Part shown: positions 13,542-26,400 of the stretch, in pieces | Numbering within the stretch: the stretch's first letter is position 1 | Layout of the letters: the number at the start of each line of letters is the position of its first letter | From: Gracilinanus agilis | Taxonomy: Eukaryota | NCBI RefSeq assembly: GCF_016433145.1 | Contig: NC_058132.1 | Span: 490,964,049 to 491,028,048, forward strand | Direction of reading: 5' to 3' | Length of the DNA stretch: 64,000 nt | Notes under the pieces: generated by a model | What the model was told of the DNA's origin: nothing | Seen by the model: the letters and a program-made list of their open reading frames with translations, nothing else | Databases searched by the model: none | Program-made: the position numbers and the translations under genes

Positions 13542-14645
13542 ATACCAATGAAATCTCCATTTCAGTCCCTTATTGAACCAGTTATAAATTTACTCAACTG
13601 TAAAATTATCCAGATCATAGTCCTTCAACTTGTCATTGAGGACAACCATATGATACCCTGCCAGCTGCCATTCTGAAATCTAGATGTATTACAGCTGTCA
13701 TATTTCCTTTATCTATCCAGTATCATAGCCTTATAAAAAATGAGGTTTATGAGATAGGTTGTGCTCTACCATGCCAACTCCTGGTGATCTCCCCTTCCCT
13801 TTGGAAGGGTCCCCAAAATATCTGTTTAATAACCTATTCAAACATTTATCAGTATTGTGGCCCATTGGACTTGGCATAAGAAGGTCTAGCTTTCATTTTG
13901 CCAATACTATTTACTCTTTGGGTGATCTTAGACATACTACTTAACTTCTTTGGCTAGGCCTCAGTTTCCTTATTTGTAGAACAAGGAGCTGAATTAATTC
14001 CAAGATCCCTTTCAGCTCCGAACATACAAGTCTCTGAACAAATCATAGTTTTCAGAATCTGTCTTATTTCCATTCTGAAAAGTAGAGTATTTGGCTTCTC
14101 TTATTCTTTCCCCTTCCTCAGAGATTACCAAGATTAGCTCTATAATTGCTGATGCAAGTGTTTTTAGCATTTTGGAATGTCTTTTCTACTCAAATTGGAG
14201 ACTTGATCTCATACGAAGCAGTTTCCTTTTACATTATCTGCTCACCTATATATCTTGGACCCCAGTTCCCTCTCCTAACCATGGTTTGGTCCAGATTCTC
14301 CAAGTTGAAGATCTTTCTCCATGACAGAAAAAAAAATGGAAGAGAGATCCAAATTTTGCTTTTTTTTTCATCTCCCATTGTTTTATCAACTGCCCCAAGC
14401 AACAAGCTATTTCTTGCTTATTATTCTTGCTCAAGACATATTTTAAAACAACTTTTTTATTGTCTCTAGTATTTTTCAGAAGTCTTTGATCACAGTGGCT
14501 TTTTTTGGTACTCTTCTTACCTGATGGGCTTATTCCTAAATTGTTCATCCTTCTACATTGTGTTCTTTTTCATTTTTTTGTTCATGTCTTTTTAAAATTC
14601 TGAGCTCATAAGAGAGCTCCCTGTACAGTCACATGGGTTTTTGGG

Positions 14646-14848
14646 TTTTAAAAACTTTTACCTTCTATCTTAGAATCAATGCTAAGTATTGATTCCGACA
14701 GAGAAAAAAAGTAAGGACTAGGCAATTGGGGTTAAGTGATTTTCCTGCCCCAGGTCACATAGCTAGGAATTGTCCATGGTCTTTGAACCCAGGACCACCC
14801 ATCTCAAGACTTGACTCTATCCACTGAGTAATTTAACTGCTTGTCCCC
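14646..14848 (-). mobile_element. SINE1_Mdo-type SINE
   Basis: ccttctatcttagaatcaat...ggcaattggggttaagtga...tttgaacccagga. Confidence 0.8.
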
Positions 14849-16644
14849 CACATAAGTTTTTTAAGGGACTTCCCATTTTTCTTCCCCACCAGGATAATTT
14901 GTGATTATGTTATCCAAATTTCATTTCCAAGAGCTTCCTAATGCTTAAGTATTTTTGATGTATAATCCTTCCACAGAACAAATAAATTATTCCTTGAGTG
15001 TTATGATATAGGAATTTGAGAGGAATAACAAACTAAAAACAGTTATTTATGCACTCAACAAGTGACCTCTTGTCAAAATGAGTTTTAAATGCATAAAATA
15101 AAACGCCTTCCATATGCCACTCTGCTTGGTCTGAACTCACTGAAACAAGATTCTCCTTAGTATCCTTCCCTCCTCACCCTTTCCAGTTTCCTCTTATATA
15201 TTATATTCCTTATTAAAGTTCCGTTTTTGAGAATAATGACTGTCTTTCTTTTCCTTATTTGTATAACTAGTCGCTACCACCCTGCCTTGCACACACAGTA
15301 GATGCTTAATAAATGTTTATTAAATTGAATCAATTACAAGGAACTCAATTAAACTGAAATAAGGCTGTATTTTTTCTCATCCAAGTGCATAGACATTCTG
15401 AAACCTGTACCCAAACCCTTAGAGATCTGTGGATTGTAAGTCATGAACTTTTGCTAAAAGGTCATAAATTAAGAGCTATAAATCTTCTTACTTTACAGAT
15501 TAGGAAACTGAGGCACAAATTTTCTGTGATTTGCCCAGTGTCACACACATGGTAAATGATTGAGGCAGGATTTGAACTTAGATCTTCCTCTCGTTAAGTC
15601 CAGTATTCTCTCCACTGTGTTGTGCAGCCCCTATCGATACAAGTAAAACGTGGAAAATTGTCTGATGATTTTGGTCAATGTTGACAGTCTACAAGATTAA
15701 AGTTGTGCCTTCTTTTCCTATTCTTCCCACCTTACCACCCACCAACATTTTTTTTCTTGGTAGCAGATAACTGGGAAGAGGAGAACAGAGGAAAGAGATA
15801 CATGCATTTGCCTGAATTTTTAAATGATAATTACTACCTCCAATATACCTTGTCCTTAATAGTTTAAAGACTGTTTTAAAATCATGTTGTGATTTTTTTT
15901 CCAAGAGCCTCTTCCAGGGCACAGCAATATGCTTTCCAGACTCATGACAGTTATGCTTTTTAAAAAAGATTCAATTCCAAACATCTTTTTTAAAAAACAG
16001 GATGCATTTTTTAATGGATGCCAGCCTAAACCTGTGGTAGCATGCTTAGGCTGTCCTCTGTGAGAACAGCTCTTTACTAATCCCAAAAGTTAAAAATAAA
16101 GTAATTGCATGAATAAATAAATGGGAACTGTGAAGCATTTTGCAAATATCATTTACTCTTATAACTGGAACATAAATAGAATTAAAATTGTGCTTTTTAA
16201 AAGCTGACACAGGTGGTACCTGTCTTAGCTGTTGCTGTACCTGAGGAAATTAAAAAAAAAAAGACAAGAGGGCCTCCTTTAGATCAAAACTAATACACTG
16301 GTGGACCTGCCTTCTTGGTCTTGCGAAATAATCCTGATGAAGCAAGGCATAGAGATTTTATAACTTGGTTACAAATAAACAGTTTTATCACTCCTGCTCT
16401 TGTCCGTTGTCCAGGTAGCCACAGTTAGAATAGGAGCATGAACATCTAATCAGGGACCAAAGGAGGAAGAGGAGCAGACACCTCTATAAAGTCAGTCCTA
16501 AACACTCACTGAACATTGGCTGTCTGACAAGCAGCAATCTTATATTGAATGCCTGTAATGCTGTTAGGACAGTCCTTGTCATCATGTCTTTGTCAGCAAC
16601 AGGTGGAACCCTCTATTAGATCTCCAAATGAATATAAAAGAGAA

Positions 16645-16885
16645 AGCCTGGAGGTACAATGGATAGCCCACTTGTCCTAGGGTCAAAAAGACCTGAGTTC
16701 ACATCTATCCTCAGACACTTGCCAGTTGGATAATCCTGGGCATGTTACTTATAATTACTGCCTGTCTCAGTTTCCTCACCTGTAAATGGTATAATAATAG
16801 CACCTACCTCAGAGAGTTCTTGTTATGATCCAATGAGTTAATATTTTTAAGTATTTTATAAACCTTAAGGTGCTATATAAAACCC
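16645..16885 (+). mobile_element. MIR-type CORE-SINE
   Basis: gacctgagttc...ctcagtttcctcacctgtaaat...aatagcacctacctc. Confidence 0.75.
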
Positions 16886-17797
16886 TTGACCTTGTGGAAG
16901 CTTAATTGCTAGGTATAATCATCATAACCAAAACCTTCATCCCACCCTACCAACTCTGACATCACCCACTATTATTGATGAAGAAATGGACATTCAAAGA
17001 CTCAAATGGAAACATGATCCTATCAGAACAGATATTCCTTCCAATTATAAAGATTCACCTATCCATTCCTCTCCATCCTTTGCAGATCTCATTCATGTCT
17101 TCTCACAAATCTACCATTGGAATTCCACCCAATGCACTGGGACACTTCCTCCTTTTCTCCTGACTTCACAGGTGTTCTAGTGAAAAACATGGATAATCTA
17201 CTGATTATCCCTTTTTTTTCTTGAACAACACATTCTTTTTTGTTGTTCATACCTTTCTCTAATGATATCCTTTTCTATGGTTTTTTTTATAGCTCTTTAC
17301 TTGCCATCTGTTGTTGCCTGATCCCACCCACCATGTGATTCTCCATTACTGTATAAGTAATATTCATTTTTAATTCCTCAGAAATTATAGTATTCCATTA
17401 CTTTTAGCCATTCAACAAGATCTAAATAATGTTTGTATAAAAAAAGAGTGGGCTTTCTTTCTAGAAAATGTTTGAAGTGATTAAAGAATCTTTGCAATTT
17501 CTTTTTATGTATTTTTATATTTGTTTTTGTATTAGACAAATGCCAAAATAACATAAGCATTCCCATATACAAAGTAGACAAAAAGATTATTGTATGTGAA
17601 TCTCTGTTACTTTCAACTTTCTTGCATTTTTAAGGAATAGTCAACTTTCAAAGCTTTTCTGTTTGTCTATGTTTTCTTCTGGTTTTAAGAATGTTCAACT
17701 TCTGAGAGAAAAGCTAGTCTGCTTTCCTCTTCTTCTTCAGTTCTGGATCCAAATAATTCTTCATTTTACTGGCTCTTTATGAAATCTATTTCTGTCT

Positions 17798-18397
17798 TGT
17801 AACATGCATGATCTTAAGTGGGGTGAACTGCCTCACAGAATTCCACAGAAACCCTCAGAACTCCAAGAGAGGGGGCAGTTGGGGCAATTAAGAATGTGGA
17901 TATAAAAGTAGGACTCAGCTTGGTAAACTCACTCTTTGAGGGAGCTGGGTGGCTTGAAAGGGGTAGGAATTACTTCTTCTCAGCTAGCTCATCTCTACCC
18001 TCAGGGAGCAGGGTGTTTCTTTGCTGAATACTCCATTTGACTATAATCAGACTGTGAGCACTGTGAAAATACCTTATATGCAGTATCCTAGTCAATCTCT
18101 AACAATATAGATCTACAATCAAGATTACCTTCACCATCTTAAACTTCATAACATTAGATTTAAGAGAAAGTTTAATTTGTAAGGGAGTTAGGGGAATAAG
18201 TTTATTCAAAGGCATTCCCCTCTGGGAGATTGCTATTTCTGTCAATATCCTGAAGATACTTGATAGTTTTACCTCAACCTCCATCCTAGAGATTATCCAT
18301 TCTTCCCTGTTTCCCTGAATTAATAAATCCCTTCCCTTTTTAACTTTGTGGGGTGTGAAGAGTTATATTTTCAGCATTTACCAACCCAATTCATACA
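17798..18397 (+). mobile_element. Candidate solo LTR (ERV-like)
   Basis: Begins TGTAAC and may end ...TTCATACA. TATAAAAG at 17901 and AATAAA at 18322 are in LTR-like order, length about 600 bp. No clear TSD found. Confidence 0.4.
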
Positions 18398-19119
18398 TTA
18401 CCAAAGCCAAATCTTCATCCGGGTAAACTCTGAGCAAAGCTGTAATCCAGAGTGCAGGACTGCTGTTTGAAATCATCCCAAGCACTTAATCTATCTGGGG
18501 CTTTAGGAATATTCTTCCAACAGTGGAAATTGCTAATTTCTGTAGGATTATTCCCTATCTGTCAGCCAATTTAGCCCTGGGATAGCCAAGTTCAAATAGC
18601 CTTCATTTTTTATCAAAAAGGGATTCTGTTTTAACAGCTTACAGGGGTAGCAACTGCCAGGAGGGGGAAAAAGAATTCCATTCACTCACTCCCCTCCCCC
18701 CTGCTAGTCCTTCCAGCTTGACCTCTGCTGTGACTTCATTGCTTAACCATTGCCAAGTGGACCCATCTTTACAGTCTGAAATCTATATCCATTTCCATAA
18801 CTATATCTTTAGTCACTGTTGGATGTGTTCTATAGAATTGTCATCTAGTAGTATGCCATAACTTGAACAAAAAACATTCTTTATCCACTTATTCTTTTCT
18901 GTGACGATAGTTAGACCAAATTCTTCTGAATGATTACAAGGTCCTCCCAGAAGGCTCAGAAATATTTGGGGGCTTATCCCCAAACAAATCTACGTATAGG
19001 AGTTCACTATGTGTAGGAAATCTCCCTTCCAAATTGTTCTCTGTGTTGGATCTCTTCCATGACAGTGGTAAATATCTTTGTAAGGATACATCTTTCTGCT
19101 TTATGCCTCCCCTGATAAT

Positions 19120-19325
19120 TTTTTAAAACATAAAAACCCTTCCCTTCCATCTTAGAATCAATACTGTGTCTTGGTTACAAGGCAGAAGACCAGTAAGAGA
19201 TAGGCAATGGAGGTTAAGTGACTTTCCCAGAGTCACACAGCTAGGAAGTGTCTGAGGCCAAATTTGAACCCAGCATCTCCCATCTATAGGCCTGACTGTC
19301 AGTTTACTGAGCCACCTTATTGCCC
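19120..19325 (-). mobile_element. SINE1_Mdo-type SINE
   Basis: cccttcccttccatcttagaatcaatactgtgtcttggttacaaggcagaag...; flanks cctgataa(t/a)tt resemble a TSD. Confidence 0.85.
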
Positions 19326-19724
19326 TCCTGATAAATTAGCTATTAGAAACTCACTGAGTAAGGTTATCTCTATTTTTCTATCTTTCAAGGAATTGTAAAT
19401 AATTTTTGATAAGAGAACAGGACATCCTTGGCAAAAGAGAGTTTTAAGGCAATGCTTTCCTCCATGAAACCAAATGTCTTTTTTTCTTGAGATCAGGAAA
19501 GCAATAAGCATAACAGAATCTTATATTCTCTTCATCTTTCAGTCAACTATGTAATGGTAAAGATGTTATTCCTAATAGAATGTTTTTTATGAAAGAAAAA
19601 CTTTGCCCTTTAATAATATTATGTGGATATATTATTATTTTAAAAATTGTTCATGGATAGGAAAGTAGGCATATAGTTGAATGAGTAGTTGTTGTTGTTC
19701 TCTTGGCCCAATTTAGAATTTAAA

Positions 19725-19917
19725 CAGTGATTTCCAAAGTGGGCACTACCGTCCCCTGGGGGTGCTACAGCAATCCAGGGGGGAGCGGTGATGGCCACAG
19801 GTGCATTTATCTTTCCTATTAATTGCTATTTAAATTTAAAAAAAATTAATTTCCAGGGGCCTAAGTAATATTTTTCTGGAAAGGGGGCGGTAGGCCAAAA
19901 AAGTTTGGGAACCACTG
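19725..19917. mobile_element. hAT (Buster/Charlie-type) MITE, 193 bp
   Basis: TIRs CAGTGATTTCCAAAG / CAGTGGTTCCCAAAC (reverse complement); ATTTAAA duplicated on both flanks. Confidence 0.85.
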
Positions 19918-20465
19918 ATTTAAAAGATTGAAGTTTTTTTTCTATTCTTTCAGTATCTTCCCGTTTCTTTATTACTTTGGGAATCATTCTCTCAATAACC
20001 TCAGGACCAGAGACTCATCAGACTAGGACAAGAAAAAAAACCTTACTGATCATCTAGTCCAATTCCTCATTTTACAAACATTTTAGAAAGTGTTCACCGG
20101 CAAAATTACTTCATGAAACAAGTGATAACCTGCTTGAAGGCTTGAAGAAAGCTTGGCAGGAGATGTAACTAAACAGTTATCCCAAGGTCATTCAAAAGAG
20201 AAAACAAGGACAATACACAATTCTTAAAATGGAAAAAAATCTGTAGGGAGTTTTTACAAACTTTTTTTTCGAGAGAGTTATTACACTTGGACTCTAACTT
20301 TGGAGTAATAGAAATAACACATAAACAACGACAATAAAATCCACTGGATCTGATTAAGTACACACAGAGATGAAAGAAAAAAAGATGAAAAAAGAAAAGC
20401 AAAGAAAGGAGAATTAAAGGGCAGGAAAAATTGAGAGAGGTTAAAGGACTCATTTACACTTAGCG

Positions 20466-20777
20466 CAGTGATTCCCAAAGTGGGCGCCACCACCCCTGGT
20501 GGGTCCTGCAGCGATCCAGGGTAGCGGTGATGGCCACAGGTGCATTTGGGGGTGGTGAATAGTTTAGGTCAATAAATAGTTTCATAATTCCAAAGTTCAA
20601 TGTTTCTAATTTACACCTTTCTTTACTATATTTTTACGAAAAAGGTAGAAACATTAATACATGTATCTTTCCTATTAGTTGCTATTAAAATTTAAAAAAA
20701 ATTAATTTCCAGGGGGCGCTAAGTAATATTTTTTCTGGAAAGGGGGTGGTAGGCCAAAAAAAGTTTGGGAGCCACTG
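20466..20777. mobile_element. hAT MITE, 312 bp, same family as 19725-19917
   Basis: TIRs CAGTGATTCCCAAAG / CAGTGGCTCCCAAAC (reverse complement); 8-bp TSD ACTTAGCG / ACTTAGAG. Confidence 0.9.
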
Positions 20778-21080
20778 ACTTAGAGTAAAAGAGTAGAAAT
20801 TTGTGAAGAGAACTGTCCTCTCATCTAAACCATTTCAAATAATCATTTTATCCCATTATGGGTACTGTCAATGTAATATATCCATAACCATGAATGTATA
20901 TGTCTCTAACAAGACCAATTGAGTACCCAAATGCTGGTGAAGAAACCAAAAGATGGGAGATAGGTGAATAAATCATTTTTTAAAAAATCTTCCTAGAGGA
21001 ACTAGATTTTGAAATAGGCAAGTATCATGTAAAGCATAAGAATTTGATACAACGATTGATAAGTTTCCTATTAGGTATAA

Positions 21081-21324
21081 GCAGCAGCTAGGTGGCACAG
21101 TGGATAGGGCTTGGAATAAGGAAGATATGAGTTCAAATTTTGCCACAGACACTTACTATGTGTATTGCCCTGGACAAGTTATTTCACCCTGTTTGCCTGG
21201 GCTTCCTCATCTGTAAAATGAGCTGGAGAAGAAAATGGCAAACCACTCTAGTATCTTTGCTAAGAAAACCCCAAATAGAGTCACAAAGAGTTGGACATGA
21301 ATGAAACAACTGAACAGCAACAAA
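21081..21324 (+). mobile_element. Mar1 SINE, full length
   Basis: cagctaggtggcacagtggatag...agctggagaagaaaatggcaaaccactc...gtcacaaagagttggacatga...aacagcaacaaa. Confidence 0.88.
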
Positions 21325-22509
21325 CCAGGTCTAAATTATAGGTTGATAATCTTAGCAAATGTAAAGTCATGAAGGTAGGAATCAGCAAGGGTTTTGAGTG
21401 AGAATGCAATGTATTCATATTAACCACTGGTGTAAAATAGACCAATCTTTAGAATCTGGTGTGATTAGACCAAATTACAACCCAAGTCTTTCCCAGAAGC
21501 CATACCCCTGTGAAATAATTGTGTCCTTAGAGTGAGCTAGAATCTAATGTGCTGTGGGATTTAAGGTTTCTGTTATGAATATAAGGAAACAAAAATGAAT
21601 AGTAGTACATGGTTACTACAAACCTTTCTCCCTCAAAGCTGTTTTATAAATCAATGAGACTAAAAAAATAATCTCAAACCAGCCCTTGAACCAAAAACTG
21701 CCTTTGGCTTTCAAAGCCAGTGCTTTTCCACTGTGGAAGGGGAGGGATTAGTTTTAGCCCCGGGTAGATTGGCCTCTTACATTTTCCACATGGTGGAAAG
21801 GAATGTTTTTAAGGCAAGGATGAGGCCCTTAGGAGGTAGAAAGACTACTAAAGCACTTGTTAATAATGACAAAGTCCTTACTTGGGAGAACTTAAAGTCA
21901 AACAAGCACTTCTAACTACAGTCTGCAAAGATTTATAACTAACTATCCAAGTGGTGGTCACATCTTTTTAACTTAAAGAAAGAGAAGACAAGATAAAAAA
22001 TTCCTCCAACATGTTTTGCTTTCTTATTCTTAATAAGGAAAAATAAAATGAATTATTTCTGCTGTTTTTTCTACAGAAGATTCTAAAATAAAACTTTTTT
22101 ACAGTTAAAAAAATTTAAACCATAACCTCTTTTTTAGGCTTTATTCCTTAATCAGACATGTTTATAGAAATGTAAAACTATAACCAGTTGAGTAGATGTG
22201 GACCAGCCAAAATGTGTACTTGCCTTCCCCAAATTATTAAATATTTAGATCTTCTATTAAATATGATATTGAATTTTAACATACCCTGTGGCAGACAGTG
22301 GCGATTTTACTGAGGCAAAGATAAGAATATATTATCAAACTAAATATGCTTTTGAGTTTATTTAAGCAAATTAGGCATTTTGAGAATACAGTTGGTTTAA
22401 TAAATGTATCTATTAGTAAAGTATGCTGATCCATAGTTATACAAATGGATCTTTGACTTCACAAATATGAGTATTCCCTGTATTCCGTGTAATGTTACAT
22501 AGTGTAGCC

Positions 22510-22830
22510 CATCCAACCTTGACCATCTTTTGCAGTCATTGTCTGAGACTTCTCCCCATTCTCCATAAGTTCACCATTGAGTCTATACAACATATGTGGG
22601 ACTTTCTTTGTTTTCTCTTGACATTATAAGGATACCAGTGTCTTTCCATTGATTATCCATCATTTTCACCATATGATCAACCTATCTTTTTGCTTATACA
22701 TTTCTTTGCTCACACTTTTACTCTCATTGTCCTTTGTAAATCCTGGTCGATAATGTGTTGCAGCCTATTCATAACCACAATGTGCCTAGCTATTATCCTT
22801 TGAACATACTTAATTTCAATTCTTTGTAGT
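22510..22830 (-). mobile_element. RTE-clade LINE fragment (old)
   Basis: Antisense resembles the marsupial RTE RT C-terminal region (ccatatgatcaacctatct...tacatttc; aatgtgttgcagcct). Confidence 0.5.
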
Positions 22831-23039
22831 TATATAATACCAAAATAATATCAAATGTTTGAATATAAGAGTAAAGTATGCCAATTCATACACAGTTTAC
22901 TTCATAAGATGGTTCCTCAATTTAAATTCTGCTAATTTTCCTACAGAGATAAAACATGTATGTTTAAAGCATGCAACATAATTTTATCATTGGGAAATTT
23001 TAAAATAGTATAACTTAAAAAAACTCATATTTTATTCAG

Positions 23040-23275
23040 ATATTTGAGCCTGGCACATTGGAAAGAACACTGAATCTGAAATCAAACAGGATCAGTCTTG
23101 AATTCTGGCTTTGCCACATATTAGCCAGGTGACCTTGGACAAGCGTTATTGTTATCCTCTGGGTTTAAGTTTCCTCAGCTGCAAAAAATAGGGATCATAA
23201 TAATATTTGCATTATCCACTTCTCAGGGTTATGGTAAGAAAAGTAGCTTAGAAACTGTACTATACAAATGTGAGA
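23040..23275 (+). mobile_element. MIR-type CORE-SINE
   Basis: ggaaagaacactgaatctg...gtgaccttggacaag...tttcctcagctgcaaaa. Confidence 0.7.
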
Positions 23276-24111
23276 TTTTTTTGTTTTTATAATTACAACA
23301 GTAGTGTCATACATTATATTGTTTAGTCCATAAGTTCCATTTTAAGCAATCTTGGTCTATTATCATCTAATTTAAAAAGCATATAATTTAAGGGATAATT
23401 GTTTTTGCCTCATTAAAGAAATTTTCTGATTTATCCCAATTCACTGGGAAACTTCTCATACATTTAAAACAAGTTTCATCACCTCTCCCTTCTCCTTCGC
23501 AGAAGTAGGAAACTATGGATGTGGACTATTGCATCATGTGCCAGTCTTTTTTGACAACAATGTTTATTTTTGTGTAAGTTGTAAGTTTTCTTCCATACTT
23601 TATTATAAAGGATAACTCCCTAGAAGGGACTTGGGAAGAGTACAGTGAGAAATATAGGTAAGCCATACAAAACAAAAGACAACAATAAACTAAGTAAATA
23701 AATACAGTGCGTTTCACTTTACCCCATCAAAAAAACTTACTTATATTCTAAATTTTCAGGTATATACCTATTGTTTATGTTATGCCTGTACTCTCTTTTG
23801 ACCTATAAAGAGTTGTATAGAATCTCTAACACCATGTATATTTCTTAGAAATTTAAAAATATATCTTATTTGTTGCTCATATTTGGGTTTTATGTATTTT
23901 AGACTAGTCATACTGAATAGGAAATAAGTGACCTGAAACAGGTTACACCACTGTTAGGCAACTCATTAGCCAAATAGAGTCATGCCAAATGCCCATTGCT
24001 CTCCCAGCTTTGACTGAGTTATTTGTGGAATGAGTAAAGCTGAATCTTCCTCACAGAATTCTTTTTAATCAGGTAAACATCCTAAAGTATTTTAAGATTT
24101 CATGATCACAA

Positions 24112-24310
24112 GGGCAGAGAGGTGACAAGGTGGATAGAGAGATAGACTTGAGATGGAAGATCGTGGGTTCAAATTCGGACTAAGACACTTTCTAGCTCTG
24201 TGACTAAGCAAGTCACTTAACCCCAATTGGCTAACCCTTACTGCTCTTCTGCCCTGGAACTAATATGTGGTATCAATTCTAAGACAGAAGGTTAAGGGTT
24301 AAAAAAAAAA
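24112..24310 (+). mobile_element. SINE1_Mdo-type SINE
   Basis: gggcagagaggtgac...ggttcaaattc...aattctaagacagaaggttaagggtt + poly(A). Confidence 0.85.
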
Positions 24311-24723
24311 CAAAAAGGAAAGAAATTAACGTCTAGTTGGAAATTATACATCTACCCCCTCCCACTGAAATCCCCCTTCCTCCATTTTTTGACAGGGGAG
24401 GGAATTTTAGATTAAGTTTTTTGAATCATTCCTAAATGATAGAGTAAGCAGTAACTGTCCAGGAATAGTTTTGTTGCAGTGGTGCATAGATACATGGCAA
24501 TGATTAAGATGACCTTTCTCAATGTTTGCTTGTTTGTTTTTTTAACTTTGGCAGTGCTGAATCTAAAATTATTAATAATGATAATAACTCACATTTAAAT
24601 GCTTTAAGGTGACAAGAGAATACATAGCAATAGATTAGTTGGTAGATTTTAATTTTAGCTTAAAGAATTTGGTAAGTTCTTTCATTCATCCAAGAGTCAT
24701 AGTCTTTTTTGAAACTGAACAAG

Positions 24724-25232
24724 TTTTTTTTATCTAAATTTATTTATTTATTTATTTGATACATTAAAATACCCAGGCAACATCCTCCCTTCCCACCATA
24801 CCCCTGATTAGAGAAGATGTCCTTTGACAAAAAGATATATGTATATATAAAACTACATCTTGCTTATTCTTGTCAGTTCTTTTTCTGGAGGTGGACATAC
24901 ACAAGTCATTCTCCAAACAATATTTCTATTGCTGTATATAATATTCTCTTGGCTCTGCTCTTTTCATTCTTCATAAATTCATGTAGGTATAGTCATTTTT
25001 AAAATTAAGCTGTTGTCATTTTTTACAGAGCAGTAGTATTCCATCACATTCATTTTAGCTTTCCCCAATTAATGGGCATCTGTTTGCCAACACAAAAAAG
25101 AGCAACTATAAATATTTGAGAACATAGAGGTTCTTTTCCTTTTTCCCTGATCACCTTAGGAAATAAACTTAATAGTGGTATTGCTGAGACAAAAGGTATA
25201 CACGGTTATATAATTCTTTGGGCATAATTCTA
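24724..25232 (-). mobile_element. L1 3' segment (ORF2 end + 3'UTR + A tail), antisense
   Basis: T-rich tail at 24724-24757; the antisense of 25150-25232 reads NYAQRI..CIPFVSAIPLL (L1 ORF2 C-terminus). Confidence 0.85.
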
Positions 25233-25979
25233 GACTTAGGCACAAAGGGAGATACAATGAGCAAATAAAAGAATGGGGTTAGGGGAGGGGAGATCTAGTT
25301 GGCTCCATGGATAGAGAGCCAGGCCTGGATATGGGAATGTCCTGGGTACAAATGTGGCCTCTGATAGTTCCTAGATGTGTGTGACCCTGGGCATGACACT
25401 TTAACCCCAACTGCCTACCACTTACTGCTCTTCTACCTTGAAACCAATAGTCAGTATTGAATCCCAGTCTGAAGGTATGAGTTTTGTTGTTTGTTTTTTT
25501 TTTTAAGAATAGGGAACATATTACCTATCAGATTTGTTGATAGGAGAAGAATTTATGAATGAGCAAAAGATAGAAAGCATTGTAAAATGTAAAACGATTA
25601 TTTTTGGATACATTAAATTTAAAAGGTTTTATACAAATAAAATCAATATAACAAAGATTAGGAGGAAAGTAGTAAATGGGGGGGGGATTTTATAGGCAGT
25701 TTCTCAGATAGATGTCTCATATCTAGAATATATAGAGAACTTTTTAGAATTTATAAGAATATGAGCTATTACCCAATTGATAAATGCTCAAAAGATATGA
25801 ACAGAGAGTTTTAAGATGAAAAAAATAAAAGCTATATTTAACTATAGGGGAAAATGCTTTAAATCATTATTGATTAGAGAAATGTAAATAACATAACACC
25901 AAGATATCTCACGCCTATTAAATTGTCTAAAATGATAAAAGGGCAAAATAACAAATGTTGGTGAGGATGTGGAAAAACA
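25232..25979 (+). mobile_element. L1 ORF2 segment, sense (inverted relative to the adjacent L1 3' piece; interrupted by a SINE)
   Basis: ttggatacattaaatttaaaagg...ccaattgataaatg...aaatgttggtgaggatgtggaaaa (KCW*GCGK, ORF2 cysteine-rich region). Confidence 0.85.
25287..25503 (+). mobile_element. SINE1_Mdo-type SINE inserted in L1
   Basis: Typical body; flanks aagaatgggg / aagaataggg resemble a TSD. Confidence 0.8.
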
Positions 25980-25984
25980 GGAAC

Positions 25985-26400
25985 TGGTCACTTAATCACT
26001 GTTCACCTTAGTTTCTTCCTTTGTAAAATGGGAGTAATAATAGCACCCACCACCCAGGATTGTTGTGAAATCAAATAAGATCATGTCTATAAAGAACCTT
26101 GCAAACTTTAAAGTGGGGCAGTTAGGAGATGCTGTGGATAGAGGGCCAACCCTGGAGTTAGGAAGACTCTTCTTGAACTCAAATCTGGCCTCAGGAACTT
26201 CTTAACTGTCTGACTATCGGCAAAGTCACTTAATCCTGTTTGCCTCAGTTTCCTCATCTGTAAAACGAGCTAGATAAGGAGGTGGAAAATCACTCCTGGA
26301 TCTTTTCCAAGAAGATCCTAGACGGGATCATGAAGAGTCAGACACAACTGAAATGACTGAACAAACAACAACTTTAAAGTGATATATAAATGCTAGCAAT
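25985..26400 (+). mobile_element. MIR 3' part split by a Mar1 insertion
   Basis: tgtaaaatgggagtaataatagcacc...gcaaactttaaagtg | aactttaaagtgatatataaatgctagc. Confidence 0.75.
26116..26369 (+). mobile_element. Mar1 SINE with 12-bp TSD
   Basis: TSD AACTTTAAAGTG at 26104-26115 and 26370-26381; full Mar1 body with (ACA)n tail. Confidence 0.9.
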
